Shown here one piece after another: positions 1-8,919 of a stretch of DNA of 32,551 nt; within the stretch, counting starts at the first letter, position 1, and each line of letters starts with the position of its first letter. Both the position numbers and the translations under genes were made by a program. The DNA lies in the NCBI GenBank assembly GCA_965649265.1, contig CBFGKC010000002.1, positions 207,019 through 239,569 on the forward strand. The letters are read 5' to 3'. The stretch comes from a candidate division WOR-3 bacterium (GTDB lineage Bacteria > Hydrothermota > Tepidihabitantia > B3-TA06). The notes under the pieces were generated by a model. That model made no database searches, was not told where the DNA came from, and was given only the letters and a program-made list of their open reading frames with translations.

Positions 1-195
1 TTTACTTTCAGGCCGTCACGGTCGGTATGCCGTTCCTTAAACTGGGGGTGGGTGCAAGGCCGGTCGCGATGGGAGAGGCGTTCTGATGGTCGTAGCAATT
101 ATAAACCTCTCCCTCCTTTACTGCCAGGCCGTCACGGTCGGTATGCCGTTCCTTAAACTGGGGGTGGGTGCAAGGCCGGTCGCGATGGGAGAGGC
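1..195 (+). repeat. Direct repeat, 79 bp x2 (1-79 and 117-195), duplicating the 5' coding end of the PorV-like gene
   Basis: Copies are 77/79 identical with period 116. The first copy reads ...YFQAVTVGMPFLKLGVGARPVAMGEAF-stop, and its TGA (84-86) overlaps the ATG at 86. Confidence 0.95.
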
Positions 196-1018
196 ATATA
201 CCGCGGTTTCAGACGACGCCAACGCGATGTTCTGGAACCCGGCAGGCATGGGCATGATGAAGGGGTTCGACATCTCCGGGATGCTCATGAACCTTTACGG
301 ATCTGTGAACTATTTCAGCGGCGCGGCCTGTTTTCCCGTGGAGCGCAAGGGCAGGGTATACCTGGGTCTTGCGGGCTGCTACCTTTCGGCGGTGGATACG
401 GTCAGGGACGAGCAGGGCGTTAACGGAGACGTTTTCACGATTTATGACGCACTAGGCGGTGTGGGACTGGGGTGGAGGGTGCAGTCGTACCTTTCGATGG
501 GAGCCTCGGGTAAATTCGTCGCCTCAAAGATTTACAACTACCACGCTTACTCTGTATTGGGTGATTTCGGCGTCAAGGTCAACCCGACGAAGTATCTCTA
601 TTTCGGGGCAAAGATAGAGAACGTGGGAACCCCGCGCAGTTTCGTGGAGGATTTTGAGTTCCCGCCGACCACGGCAAGGGGAGGACTCGCGCTGCTGTTT
701 CCTTTTCAGAAAAGCCATCTGCTCCTGTCCTCGGATCTGATATGGCCCATAGATGACCCTCCCAGCCTTGCGGTGGGCGGCGAGTTGAAGATAAATATAA
801 AATCGGAGCAGCTTGCCGGCTCTTCAGGATTCGTTATTCGTGCCGGCTACCGTTCCGGATACCATCTAGGAACCTGGGGAGGAACCAGCTTCGGGCTGGG
901 TTATGAATACGAATTGAGTCCGTCAATTCACATAACGGTTGATGCGGTATACTTTTCGTATGGGTATCTGGGGAGTTCCGATAGGCTCTCTCTCGGAGCC
1001 AGCTTCCGCCCCAACTGA
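86..1018 (+). CDS. PorV/PorQ-family (UPF0164-like) outer-membrane beta-barrel protein
   Basis: N-terminal FLKLGVGARPVAMGEAYTAVSDDANAMFWNPAG motif typical of this family; amphipathic beta-strands; C-terminal RLSLGASF. Confidence 0.85.
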   Translation: MVVAIINLSLLYCQAVTVGMPFLKLGVGARPVAMGEAYTAVSDDANAMFWNPAGMGMMKGFDISGMLMNLYGSVNYFSGAACFPVERKGRVYLGLAGCYLSAVDTVRDEQGVNGDVFTIYDALGGVGLGWRVQSYLSMGASGKFVASKIYNYHAYSVLGDFGVKVNPTKYLYFGAKIENVGTPRSFVEDFEFPPTTARGGLALLFPFQKSHLLLSSDLIWPIDDPPSLAVGGELKINIKSEQLAGSSGFVIRAGYRSGYHLGTWGGTSFGLGYEYELSPSIHITVDAVYFSYGYLGSSDRLSLGASFRPN

Positions 1019-2051
1019 GCGCCTCGAACGCGGGCAGGTAATCGCCCGACGCGTTCCAGATGAAGAAACCGTCAGCGCCCGCGGCAAGCGAGCCTATCAT
1101 CTGGTTCAGGATGTAGTCGGGTCCGTAGCCGGGCGCGCGCCACGAGAAGCCCTGAATATAGGCAACTACACCTGCTCCTGTTCTGTCGAGGAGCTTGTAG
1201 GCTGATTCCACGCTTTCGTAGTACACCCAGAACTCCCTGGTAGGAAGGCCGTAAAAATCAGACGGCGAAAAGTGGGAGGGGTAAAGCATGGGGCAGATGT
1301 AGTCTACGTTCGGTCCGATTCTCGAAAGCTCCTGACCCTCGAGCCGCAGGGTGCGCCACGCGGCGTAGCCGAAAACGTCAACGGAGAGGGGAACGGTGAT
1401 CGACGACCGCATCTTTTGGAGAAAACCCTCTATGGCCTCTTCCTTTTTCCGACCCTTAGTGCCGTAAAAGACGCAGCTGCCCACGTCGCCGTCGGTGGGA
1501 AAGCGAACGTAGTCGAGCTGTACCTCGTCGAAACCACGATCCTCGAGTTCCTTCGCGATGGAGGCCAGGTAGTCCCATACCGACTCGTTGTAGGCGTTCA
1601 TCCAGTGCGCCTTGCCCTCGTCCACCCACAACCCGCCGCCTGCACGGTCGATGCCGAAACCCGAGTACCCGGTCGCCAGGTCGTCCTTGAAGCAAACGAG
1701 CCTTGCTATGACCCGCACGTTGTGCGAGTGCATGCGGTGGATAAGGGTGTCCACGTTGAAGATAGGCCTCACCGCGCCCACAGAGCGCGCAATCTTGTTC
1801 TCAGAAGGGTACCGCAGCGCCCCGAAGTCGTCCTTCATGTCCACGACCACGGCGTTGAGATCGCCGTGATCGCCCGCCTCTTCGACTTTTTTTAGAAGCC
1901 ACTCGCGGCACGCGGAGGAGGGCGAAAGGTATATGCCGCGGATGTAGGTTTTTCCCTCAAGCGAGCGGGCAGCCGGCGCAAGAAGCGCTGCTGCGACAAT
2001 GCTCTTTGCCAAGACGGACCAGAAGCGCGTGATATTCATTGTAAATTTCAC
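834..2051 (-). CDS. Putative glycoside hydrolase (DUF4015-like TIM barrel), probably secreted; true start may be TTG at 2012
   Basis: Motifs RGIYL, NAVVVDMKDDFG, IARLVCFKD, GFDEVQLDYVRFP, SVDVFG, PMLYPSHF, IWNA; signal-like LAKSIVAAALLAPAARS. Both ends overlap neighbouring genes. Confidence 0.8.
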   Translation of the reverse strand: MKFTMNITRFWSVLAKSIVAAALLAPAARSLEGKTYIRGIYLSPSSACREWLLKKVEEAGDHGDLNAVVVDMKDDFGALRYPSENKIARSVGAVRPIFNVDTLIHRMHSHNVRVIARLVCFKDDLATGYSGFGIDRAGGGLWVDEGKAHWMNAYNESVWDYLASIAKELEDRGFDEVQLDYVRFPTDGDVGSCVFYGTKGRKKEEAIEGFLQKMRSSITVPLSVDVFGYAAWRTLRLEGQELSRIGPNVDYICPMLYPSHFSPSDFYGLPTREFWVYYESVESAYKLLDRTGAGVVAYIQGFSWRAPGYGPDYILNQMIGSLAAGADGFFIWNASGDYLPAFEALSWGGSWLRERAYRNSPDTHTKSIPHQPLCELTDSIRIHNPARSWFLPRFLDGIRNGSRHE

Positions 2052-2643
2052 TCCTAGCTCTTATTTTTTTCATAAATAGCGTTTGAATCTCGTCGTATGA
2101 TGCGGTGCATCCGATCATCCCGTGCCTTGCGAGGACCCTTCGCGTGTAAGCGTCCACGACGAACACGGGCAGGCCGAACCCGTAAAGGAGAATTGAGTCG
2201 ACGGTCTCGGGGCCGAGCCCTTTTATGGCAAGGAACTTCTCGCGCCACTCTAGTGTTCGTGACGGCTCTATCACCCAGGGCATGTCGCCGAGATTTGAGG
2301 AAAGAAAATCGAGAAGCGCCCTCAACCTCTGAGTCTTCTGCCGGAAGTAGCCGGAGGGTTTTAAGAGATTCTCGAGTTCGTTGTCGGGGAGCCTCGCGAT
2401 TCTTTCTGCCGATTCGGTGCGCGGCTCGAGCAAGCCGGCTGACCCAAGATTTCCGACGGCCAGAGCGGCGTTGCGCCAGCTGGTGGCCTGCGCGAGCAGG
2501 GCTCCGACGATTATCTCGAACTGGCTCTCGCCAGGCCACCACCCCTGGGGCCCCCACCTTTCAAAAAGCCGTTCGTACGCTTCGGCCAAATCGAAAGCCT
2601 GTTTAAGAGTTTTTTCACGAAGATGAAGCGTGGCCGGTGTCAT
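1957..2643 (-). CDS. Endonuclease III-like HhH-GPD DNA glycosylase
   Basis: GPQGWWP, FEIIVGALLAQ, KPSGYFRQK, HhH IKGLGPETVDSILLY, VVDAYTRR, C-terminal CRSSASCAGCPL. Confidence 0.9.
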   Translation of the reverse strand: MTPATLHLREKTLKQAFDLAEAYERLFERWGPQGWWPGESQFEIIVGALLAQATSWRNAALAVGNLGSAGLLEPRTESAERIARLPDNELENLLKPSGYFRQKTQRLRALLDFLSSNLGDMPWVIEPSRTLEWREKFLAIKGLGPETVDSILLYGFGLPVFVVDAYTRRVLARHGMIGCTASYDEIQTLFMKKIRARSEIYNEYHALLVRLGKEHCRSSASCAGCPLA

Positions 2644-2695
2644 GTTCCAGCGCCCTGCTCTTTCACTATTCTATCCCTGAACCATCAGTTATTAA

Positions 2696-4927
2696 TTAAT
2701 AGCCGGATGTGTCCGCAATGGCCTGGCTGGAAAGGCGCCTGTCCAGGACGTAAAACTCCTCGCGCGAGCCGCCGCGCAGCTTTTCAAGACGATGGTACTG
2801 GCATTCGGTCGCAGGCTCCGTGCCCTCAAGGAAGTATTCGGTACGCGTATCGGGACAATCCGAAGTCGCAAGCTGACCGGTAAGAACGCATATGGGTCTC
2901 GTAATGATGCCCTTCGGCATCTGGAAATTCGATTCGGGCATGCTGTCAGTGGCGACCTTCATGAACTTACCCCATATGGGCGCCGCGCACGAGCCGCCTC
3001 CGGCACCTCGGTATATGGGCTGTTTCTTGTCGAAACCCACCCACACGGCGCAGGAGATATCGGGAGTGAAGCCGACGAACCAGGCGTCCGTGTAATCGTC
3101 GGTCGTACCGGTCTTGCCCGCCGCAACCCTGCGAAATCCTTGATTTCTGATTATCTTGGCGGTTCCCGCGTCTATGACGCTCGTCATCATGGAGGCGATC
3201 AGGAAGGAGGTCTGGGGTGTAAGCGCCTGCTCGCCCTCCTGGGGAAACCATTCCTCGATGATCTTGCCGTCGCGGGCCACTATCCTGTGGATGTATACCG
3301 GCTCGACTCTCTTGCCCTGGTTCGCGATGGTCGAGAATGCGGTGGCCATCTCTATAGGCGTCACCTCGACCGCACCGAGGCTGATGGAGAGAACAGGCTT
3401 CAGGGGTGACGCGACCCCCATCTTGTGTGCGTATTCGACGACGACCTCGGGGCCCACGTAGCGCGTGAGCCTGACGGAGACGAGGTTGCGTGACTGCGCG
3501 AGCGCCTCCCGCAGCGTCATGGGACCGAAGAACTGGCGATCCCAGTTCGCGGGCGCGTAGAGCGAACGCCCCATGCGTATCATCACGGGCGCATCGAATT
3601 CAACGTCGCCGGGCGTGAACCCGTTGTCTATGGCTGCGGTGTAGACGAACACCTTGAAAGACGAACCCGGCTGGCGGCGAGCCTGAACGGCGCGGTCAAA
3701 AGAACTCTGCTTGTAGTCGCGACCGCCCACGAGCGCCAGAACCTCGCCGGTGTGCGTGTTCATGGCGACGAGTGCGGCCTGCAGATACTTGGGCGCCGGG
3801 CTGTTGTCGGTGAACGTCACGGTGTCGTAGTCGGCCTTCAGAACCTTGAGGTCTTTTTCGTGCTCGATTTGAAGACACTGGTCCTCCACGGCCTTGTTTG
3901 CGGCGCGCTGCATGTCTATATCGAGGGTCGTATATATGTAACATCCTTCACGGTAGATGAAGTCGGCCCCGTACTTGCGCTCGAGGTAGCGGCGAATTTC
4001 TTCGACGAAATAGGGCGCTTCCGCGGGAGGAAGCTTGCGCGCGGCAAGCTCGATCTTGAATGCCAGCGCCTCGTCCCTCTCCTTTTCGGAGATGCCGCCG
4101 CTCTTGCAGAGCACGTTGATGAACTTGTCGCGGCGTTTCCGCACGAGTTCGGGGTTGTCGTAAGGCAAATGGTAAGGCCCGCCCTTGGGCAGTGCGGCAA
4201 GAAAACAGAGCTGCGACGTGTTGAGCTCGGAGAGCGGTTTGTCAAAATATCGCTCGGCAGCCGCCCCTACGCCGTAAGCCCCGTGACCGAAATTAACCTG
4301 GTTAAGGTACATCTCGAGTATCTCGTCCTTTGAGTACATCTGCTCGAGCTTGACGGCCAGGACCGCCTCCTTGACCTTTCGCATGATGGATGACTCGAAG
4401 GAAAGGAACATGTTGCGGGCAAGCTGCTGGGTTATGGAACTGGCCCCTTCCACTACGTGCCCGGAAAGGACGTTTTTAATCAAAGCGCGTGAAATGTCGC
4501 GAAGACTCAAACCCCAGTGCTGGTAGAACCTTTCGTCCTCGACAGCCACAAACGCCTTTACCATTTTGGGCGGCATGCTGTCGAGCGAGATGGGGTCGCG
4601 GCGCTCCTCGTAGAACTCGTATATGAGCTTGTCGTTGCGGTCGAACACCTTGGAAGTGACCGCCGGCTTGTAGGTCTGAAGCGTTTCGGGGTCAGGCAGG
4701 TCCTTCTGGGCCACCATGATGAGAATAAGGGCTATCCCTCCCCAGAACGCGTAGAAGAAGGCAGGTATGACGATGCCGTAGGTTATCCAGTCACGCTTCG
4801 TCAGGCGGCGGGTCGCCCCCTTGAATTTTTCAAAATAACCCTTCAAATCGGGCCGCTTCGCACTCTTCGCGGGTTCAATCCTGGGCGGCGGTTCTGTTGA
4901 AGGGAGATAGTTCTTACCTTCGTTCAT
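2696..4927 (-). CDS. mrcA: Class A penicillin-binding protein 1A (transglycosylase/transpeptidase)
   Basis: N-terminal TM helix; transglycosylase motifs EDERFYQHWG and GASSITQQL; transpeptidase motifs SSFK, SRN, KTGT. Confidence 0.93.
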   Translation of the reverse strand: MNEGKNYLPSTEPPPRIEPAKSAKRPDLKGYFEKFKGATRRLTKRDWITYGIVIPAFFYAFWGGIALILIMVAQKDLPDPETLQTYKPAVTSKVFDRNDKLIYEFYEERRDPISLDSMPPKMVKAFVAVEDERFYQHWGLSLRDISRALIKNVLSGHVVEGASSITQQLARNMFLSFESSIMRKVKEAVLAVKLEQMYSKDEILEMYLNQVNFGHGAYGVGAAAERYFDKPLSELNTSQLCFLAALPKGGPYHLPYDNPELVRKRRDKFINVLCKSGGISEKERDEALAFKIELAARKLPPAEAPYFVEEIRRYLERKYGADFIYREGCYIYTTLDIDMQRAANKAVEDQCLQIEHEKDLKVLKADYDTVTFTDNSPAPKYLQAALVAMNTHTGEVLALVGGRDYKQSSFDRAVQARRQPGSSFKVFVYTAAIDNGFTPGDVEFDAPVMIRMGRSLYAPANWDRQFFGPMTLREALAQSRNLVSVRLTRYVGPEVVVEYAHKMGVASPLKPVLSISLGAVEVTPIEMATAFSTIANQGKRVEPVYIHRIVARDGKIIEEWFPQEGEQALTPQTSFLIASMMTSVIDAGTAKIIRNQGFRRVAAGKTGTTDDYTDAWFVGFTPDISCAVWVGFDKKQPIYRGAGGGSCAAPIWGKFMKVATDSMPESNFQMPKGIITRPICVLTGQLATSDCPDTRTEYFLEGTEPATECQYHRLEKLRGGSREEFYVLDRRLSSQAIADTSGY

Positions 4928-5004
4928 AAATCTCCATCCGTCTTTTAGACGTTCTCGAAACTAAATCGTTAACCTCGCTGCGCTTTAGATTTTGATACTA
5001 TCTA

Positions 5005-5033
5005 AGTCTACCCGCGACAGGGGCAAATGTCAA
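5005..5033 (-). promoter_or_regulatory. Sigma70-type promoter for PBP1A
   Basis: TTGACA-N17-TAGACT on the minus strand; GGAG SD before the ATG at 4927. Confidence 0.6.
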
Positions 5034-5063
5034 GACGCTCTCATTGGAGAGTAGAAGTAAAAT

Positions 5064-5142
5064 GGCAGAAGCGAAGCTTGTGCCCATGCGCCTTCGGCGC
5101 TCGCCCTCACTCAGAGCCCCTTATTAAGGGGGGAGGGGGGAT
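5064..5142. repeat. REP-like palindrome cluster 1
   Basis: GGCAGAAGC-GAA-GCTTGTGCC (5064-5084), GCGCC-TTC-GGCGC (5088-5100), and CCCCTTATTAAGGGGGGAGGGGGGAT (5117-5142), which abuts the stop codon of the 5143-6345 gene. Confidence 0.75.
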
Positions 5143-6345
5143 TCAACGTCCGAACCTTCGCGCGATGATGGTAACTATCAGCCCCAAAAACACGTAGCCC
5201 AGGATAACCTCGATGATGACCGGCACCTGCGCCGCCGTGTTCAAGGGTGTGATGTCCCCGAACCCCAGCGTGGCAAAGGTTACTACGGATAAGTAGATAT
5301 AAGTAAAGAAGTTGACGTTTGGAATCATTTTGGGCTTAAAGTCAAACTGGAACCATCCCAACTGCGACCCTCCCCAGTAAATGAGACCAAAGAAAGCCAC
5401 AAACCCCAGCGCCCACAAAACCGTCCACCACCACCGCTCACCGAAACCGGTAATTTTGTGAAAAATGACAAGTCCTAACCAATAGAAGAAATCTTTTATC
5501 TTTTGGAATAAATGAGGAAGAAATCGCTTTGACTTTCCTTTTGTCGGCTCTTCGTTCGGCTGATGGCCATTGTAACATTGCCAAAAAGCTATATGCTTTT
5601 CCATTAATTTTTCTCGGAAATATACAATACCTTCCTCGTCATATTTACCTTGTACATGAAAGTAATTCTTAAGGTGACGATATGCACTGCGTGCTGGCAA
5701 CCAGCCTTTCTCTTTTACATTGTCCCACTTCTCATCTCCCACATTTTGGACATTCGCCCATGATAAGTACCTAGCGCCTCCCCAGATTACTCCTGTCAAC
5801 GAAGCACCCTCAAAAATTGTTCCTGCTAAATTGGCATCAGAAAAATCTGCGTTTTTACATTTTGTTTCATGCAATCGTGCCTCAGTTAATAAAGCCTTTT
5901 GGAAATTTGCCTCCTCTAGATTTGCACCGCATAAGTCTGCATTTCTGAGGTCCGCTCCTTGAAGGTTGATTTTGATTAGAGTCGCATGCATCAGTTTTGC
6001 ATTTGTTAATGACACTCCTTGGAGATTGATATTCGAAAGATCAACTCCAATAAGGTTTGCACCATTTAGGGTATGGTTTTCCCTAACCCATGCTTCGACC
6101 TTGTGTTTGTAAGCCTTTTTTTTCTTCTTCGGGAGGTGCTTCCAACAAAGCTCTTCAAGGAAAACAGCGCAATAACTAGGTTTCACAACCATAAACTCCC
6201 GCTGAAAACGAATTCCCTCCATTTCCCAAAAGTGTTTAGCTCTAATACCAGTGAAAGTTGACTTAATCTCATTCCTACACTGTCGGTGTAAACACCACTG
6301 TCTATCATGGGGCTTTGGCGGTTTACTGCCCACGTCTTTCGGCAT
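5143..6345 (-). CDS. Pentapeptide-repeat protein fused to a 2-TM potassium-channel (Ion_trans_2-like) domain
   Basis: A(D/N)Lxx pentapeptide repeats (GANLIGVDLS...ADLRNADLCGANL); pore signature SVVTFATLGFGDITP between TM helices; AT-rich core. Confidence 0.9.
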   Translation of the reverse strand: MPKDVGSKPPKPHDRQWCLHRQCRNEIKSTFTGIRAKHFWEMEGIRFQREFMVVKPSYCAVFLEELCWKHLPKKKKKAYKHKVEAWVRENHTLNGANLIGVDLSNINLQGVSLTNAKLMHATLIKINLQGADLRNADLCGANLEEANFQKALLTEARLHETKCKNADFSDANLAGTIFEGASLTGVIWGGARYLSWANVQNVGDEKWDNVKEKGWLPARSAYRHLKNYFHVQGKYDEEGIVYFREKLMEKHIAFWQCYNGHQPNEEPTKGKSKRFLPHLFQKIKDFFYWLGLVIFHKITGFGERWWWTVLWALGFVAFFGLIYWGGSQLGWFQFDFKPKMIPNVNFFTYIYLSVVTFATLGFGDITPLNTAAQVPVIIEVILGYVFLGLIVTIIARRFGR

Positions 6346-6350
6346 ATTTT

Positions 6351-6378
6351 ATTGTATGCCCGATTAAGGGGAGGTCAA
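6351..6378 (-). promoter_or_regulatory. Promoter, probably leaderless, for the pentapeptide/channel gene
   Basis: TTGACC-N16-TACAAT, then 5 nt to the ATG at 6345; no SD. Confidence 0.7.
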
Positions 6379-6379
6379 G

Positions 6380-6690
6380 ATCCCCCCTTCCCCCCTTATA
6401 GAAGGGGGGCCGAACTCCCCTTCCCTTGACGGGAAGGGGGTGGGGGCAAGGTGGGACATCTTGCCTGGAATAGAGTTTCATCTCCTCCCAGCCTCCCCCA
6501 TCAAGGGGGAGGGGTTAAAGGTACATTTGCTCCGCAAATAGATGGTGACTTCAAGTCACCCTTCGGAGGCTTCGTATCGCCGGGGGCGATTGAGGTCGCT
6601 CGCAGCGACACTCGCAATGACTCTACTCTTTTTTTCCTCTCCCGACGGGATGAGGGTTACGTTCTCGAAGAGCGTTGGGGTGAGGGTGGG
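6380..6690. repeat. REP-like palindrome cluster 2
   Basis: Hairpins at 6390-6409, 6417-6439 (CCCCTTCCC-TTGAC-GGGAAGGGG), 6492-6512 and 6544-6560; a 53-nt element at 6569-6621; CCTCTCCC...GGGGTGAGGG at 6636-6686. Confidence 0.8.
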
Positions 6691-6694
6691 CGGG

Positions 6695-6722
6695 TTGACC
6701 GCTGCAGTTTAATCGATAGAAT
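6695..6722 (+). promoter_or_regulatory. Promoter, probably leaderless, for arcC
   Basis: TTGACC-N16-TAGAAT, then 5 nt to the ATG at 6728; no SD. Confidence 0.7.
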
Positions 6723-6727
6723 CCGCA

Positions 6728-7699
6728 ATGGAACCTAATTCAGCGGGACCGGCTCCGAGGGCGGTGATTGCGCTCGGCGGCAACGCGCTCATGCGGCCGG
6801 GTCAGAAATACGCCACGTTCGAGGAGCAGCGCCGCGTGGTCGAGGAGACGGCGGCCCAGATCGCAAGTTTGATGGATCAGGGCTGGCGCGTCGCGGTCAC
6901 GCACGGCAACGGCCCCCAGGTGGGCGAACTGCTTCTCGTTTCCCACCTCGCGCACGAAAGCCAGAAGGACATTCCCGAGATCCCTTTGGACGGGGCGAAC
7001 GCCTCGACCCAGGGTTCGCTGGGATACCTGATCGTGCAGGCAATCCGCAACGCTTCGGCCGATTCCGACGGGAGGCGCGAGATAGCCGCGCTCGTCACCC
7101 AGGTTGTCGTTGACCCCAGGGACCCCGCGTTTCACAACCCCACAAAGTTCGTAGGTCCGGCGTACAAAATAGAGGAGGCAAACGAGCTTTCGATTCGACT
7201 TGGCTGGAGAATGAAGGAGGACCGGGGACGCGGCTGGCGCCGGGTGGTGGCCTCGCCGGAACCCACAGAGATCGTCGAGCTTGAGACCGTCAATGACCTC
7301 ATGGATTCGGGCGTTTCGGTCGTGACCGTGGGGGGAGGGGGTATCCCTGTTGTAAAGGACGGCAAGCGACTCAAGGGTGTTGCAGCCGTTATCGACAAGG
7401 ACAGGGCGTCCTCGCTTCTTGCCACGAAGCTGGGCGTGGAACTTTTGGTGATTCTCACCCAGGTGGAGTGCGTGTATCTCGATTTTGACAAGCCCACGAG
7501 AAGACCGCTCGCAGAGCTTTCGTTGATGGAGGCCGGAAGCCTCCTGACCCAGGGCCAGTTTCCGCAGGGAAGCATGGGCCCCAAGATAGAGGCGGCGGTG
7601 AAGTTCATCGAGAAGGGCGGCAAGGGCGTGCTGATTACCGATCCCCCCAACCTCATCAACGGAATCCACGGCAAGGCAGGAACCCGCATAGTGCCATGA
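6728..7699 (+). CDS. arcC: Carbamate kinase
   Basis: VIALGGNAL, VTHGNGPQVG, DPAFHNPTKFVGP, GWRRVVASPEP, GGGGIPV, AVIDKD, GSMGPK. Confidence 0.96.
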   Translation: MEPNSAGPAPRAVIALGGNALMRPGQKYATFEEQRRVVEETAAQIASLMDQGWRVAVTHGNGPQVGELLLVSHLAHESQKDIPEIPLDGANASTQGSLGYLIVQAIRNASADSDGRREIAALVTQVVVDPRDPAFHNPTKFVGPAYKIEEANELSIRLGWRMKEDRGRGWRRVVASPEPTEIVELETVNDLMDSGVSVVTVGGGGIPVVKDGKRLKGVAAVIDKDRASSLLATKLGVELLVILTQVECVYLDFDKPTRRPLAELSLMEAGSLLTQGQFPQGSMGPKIEAAVKFIEKGGKGVLITDPPNLINGIHGKAGTRIVP

Positions 7700-8919
7700 A
7701 CGTCTTGCTCGCGGTGGCGATGTTCGCCAAGCTCCTCATACCGATGGACCTCGAGCAGACCAATCACCTCAAGGCTTACGGCATCGCCTACCACGCGTTG
7801 AAGCGGGGCGAGAAGGTCGAGTGGCTTCTCAACTACCGCGGCGGCTCCTTTCTCATGGAGTCGTCTAAGAAGAACGCCGAGGAGTGCCTTTTGGCTGGCG
7901 TGAGCGCCCAGGAGGTGGATGTCGGAACGGAGGCGGAGATTCGCCGGACGATAGACGAGTCGAACATGAACTCAGTGATTTTAGAGAAGCCGCCGAAGAT
8001 TGCCGTGTACGTGCCGCCCTCTGCCGACCCCTGGGACGACGCCGTGCGGCTCGCGCTCGACTATGCCGGCATCCCCTACGACATGCTGTGGGACCCGGAG
8101 GTGATTGCGGGCAAGCTCAAGGAATACGACTGGGTGCACCTGCATCACGAGGACTTCACCGGCCAGTACGGAAAGTTCTACTCCTCATACTACACCGCCG
8201 ACTGGTACCAGGAGCAGGTAAGGCTTAGTGAGGAGACGGCGAGGAAATTGAAGTTCAACTCGGTGAGGGAGCTCAAGCTCGCGGTCGCGCAGGAGATAAG
8301 GCGCTACGTGCTGGGCGGAGGTTTTCTCTTCGCCATGTGCTCGGCGACCGACACCTACGACATCGCGCTCGCGGCGGCAAGCACGGATATTGTTGACCGC
8401 ATATTCGACGGAACGCCACTCGATCAAAACTGGGCTGACAAGATGGACTTTACCTCGACATTCGCGTTCGAGAACTTCACGCCGGTGACCGACCCTTACG
8501 CCTACGAGCATTCCGATATTGATGCCTCGCTCGGCGCGTTCGACCGGGGGGAGGATGCTGTATTCTCGCTGTTCGATTTTTCGGCAAAGTTCGACCCGGT
8601 GCCTTGCATGCTCGTGCAGAACCACGTCGCATACGTCAGGGAGTTTTTAGGCCAGAATACCGGGTTCAACCGCAAGTTTTTGAAACGCGACGTTTTGATT
8701 CTGGGCGAGGTGAAGGGCTCGGAGGAGGTGAAGTACATCCACGCTAACCGCGGCGAGGGCACCTTTACCTTTTTCGGCGGCCACGACCCCGAGGACTACC
8801 AGCACCGCGTGGGCGACCCGCCCACGAATCTGGATTTGTACCGCAACTCGCCCGGCTACCGGCTGATCTTGAACAACGTCCTCTTCCCCGCCGCCGAAAA
8901 GAAACCACTGAAAACCTAG
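7696..8919 (+). CDS. Conserved FCB-group protein with class I glutamine-amidotransferase-like elbow (family often labelled 'asparagine synthetase B')
   Basis: LIPMD..QTNHLKAYG, EWLLNYRGGSF, PWDDAV, DWVHLHHEDFTGQYGKFY, GGFLFAMCSATD, GHDPEDYQH, NSPGYRLILNNVLFPAA; no AsnB Ntn or ATP-pyrophosphatase motifs; ATGA overlap with arcC. Confidence 0.75.
   Translation: MNVLLAVAMFAKLLIPMDLEQTNHLKAYGIAYHALKRGEKVEWLLNYRGGSFLMESSKKNAEECLLAGVSAQEVDVGTEAEIRRTIDESNMNSVILEKPPKIAVYVPPSADPWDDAVRLALDYAGIPYDMLWDPEVIAGKLKEYDWVHLHHEDFTGQYGKFYSSYYTADWYQEQVRLSEETARKLKFNSVRELKLAVAQEIRRYVLGGGFLFAMCSATDTYDIALAAASTDIVDRIFDGTPLDQNWADKMDFTSTFAFENFTPVTDPYAYEHSDIDASLGAFDRGEDAVFSLFDFSAKFDPVPCMLVQNHVAYVREFLGQNTGFNRKFLKRDVLILGEVKGSEEVKYIHANRGEGTFTFFGGHDPEDYQHRVGDPPTNLDLYRNSPGYRLILNNVLFPAAEKKPLKT

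Noticed and set aside
6451-6738. Short ORFs in repeat clusters (6451-6738, 8976-9218, 9996-10429)
   Set aside because: They translate the palindromic repeats (Pro/Gly/Arg-rich) and are unlikely to be genes.
6740-7669. 309-aa antisense ORF opposite arcC, and similar antisense ORFs over PBP1A, C10, OmpA, ileS and clp
   Set aside because: Shadow frames of GC-rich genes with no recognisable motifs or expression signals.
7696-8919. True asparagine synthetase (asnB)
   Set aside because: No N-terminal Cys Ntn domain and no SGGLDS ATP-binding motif.
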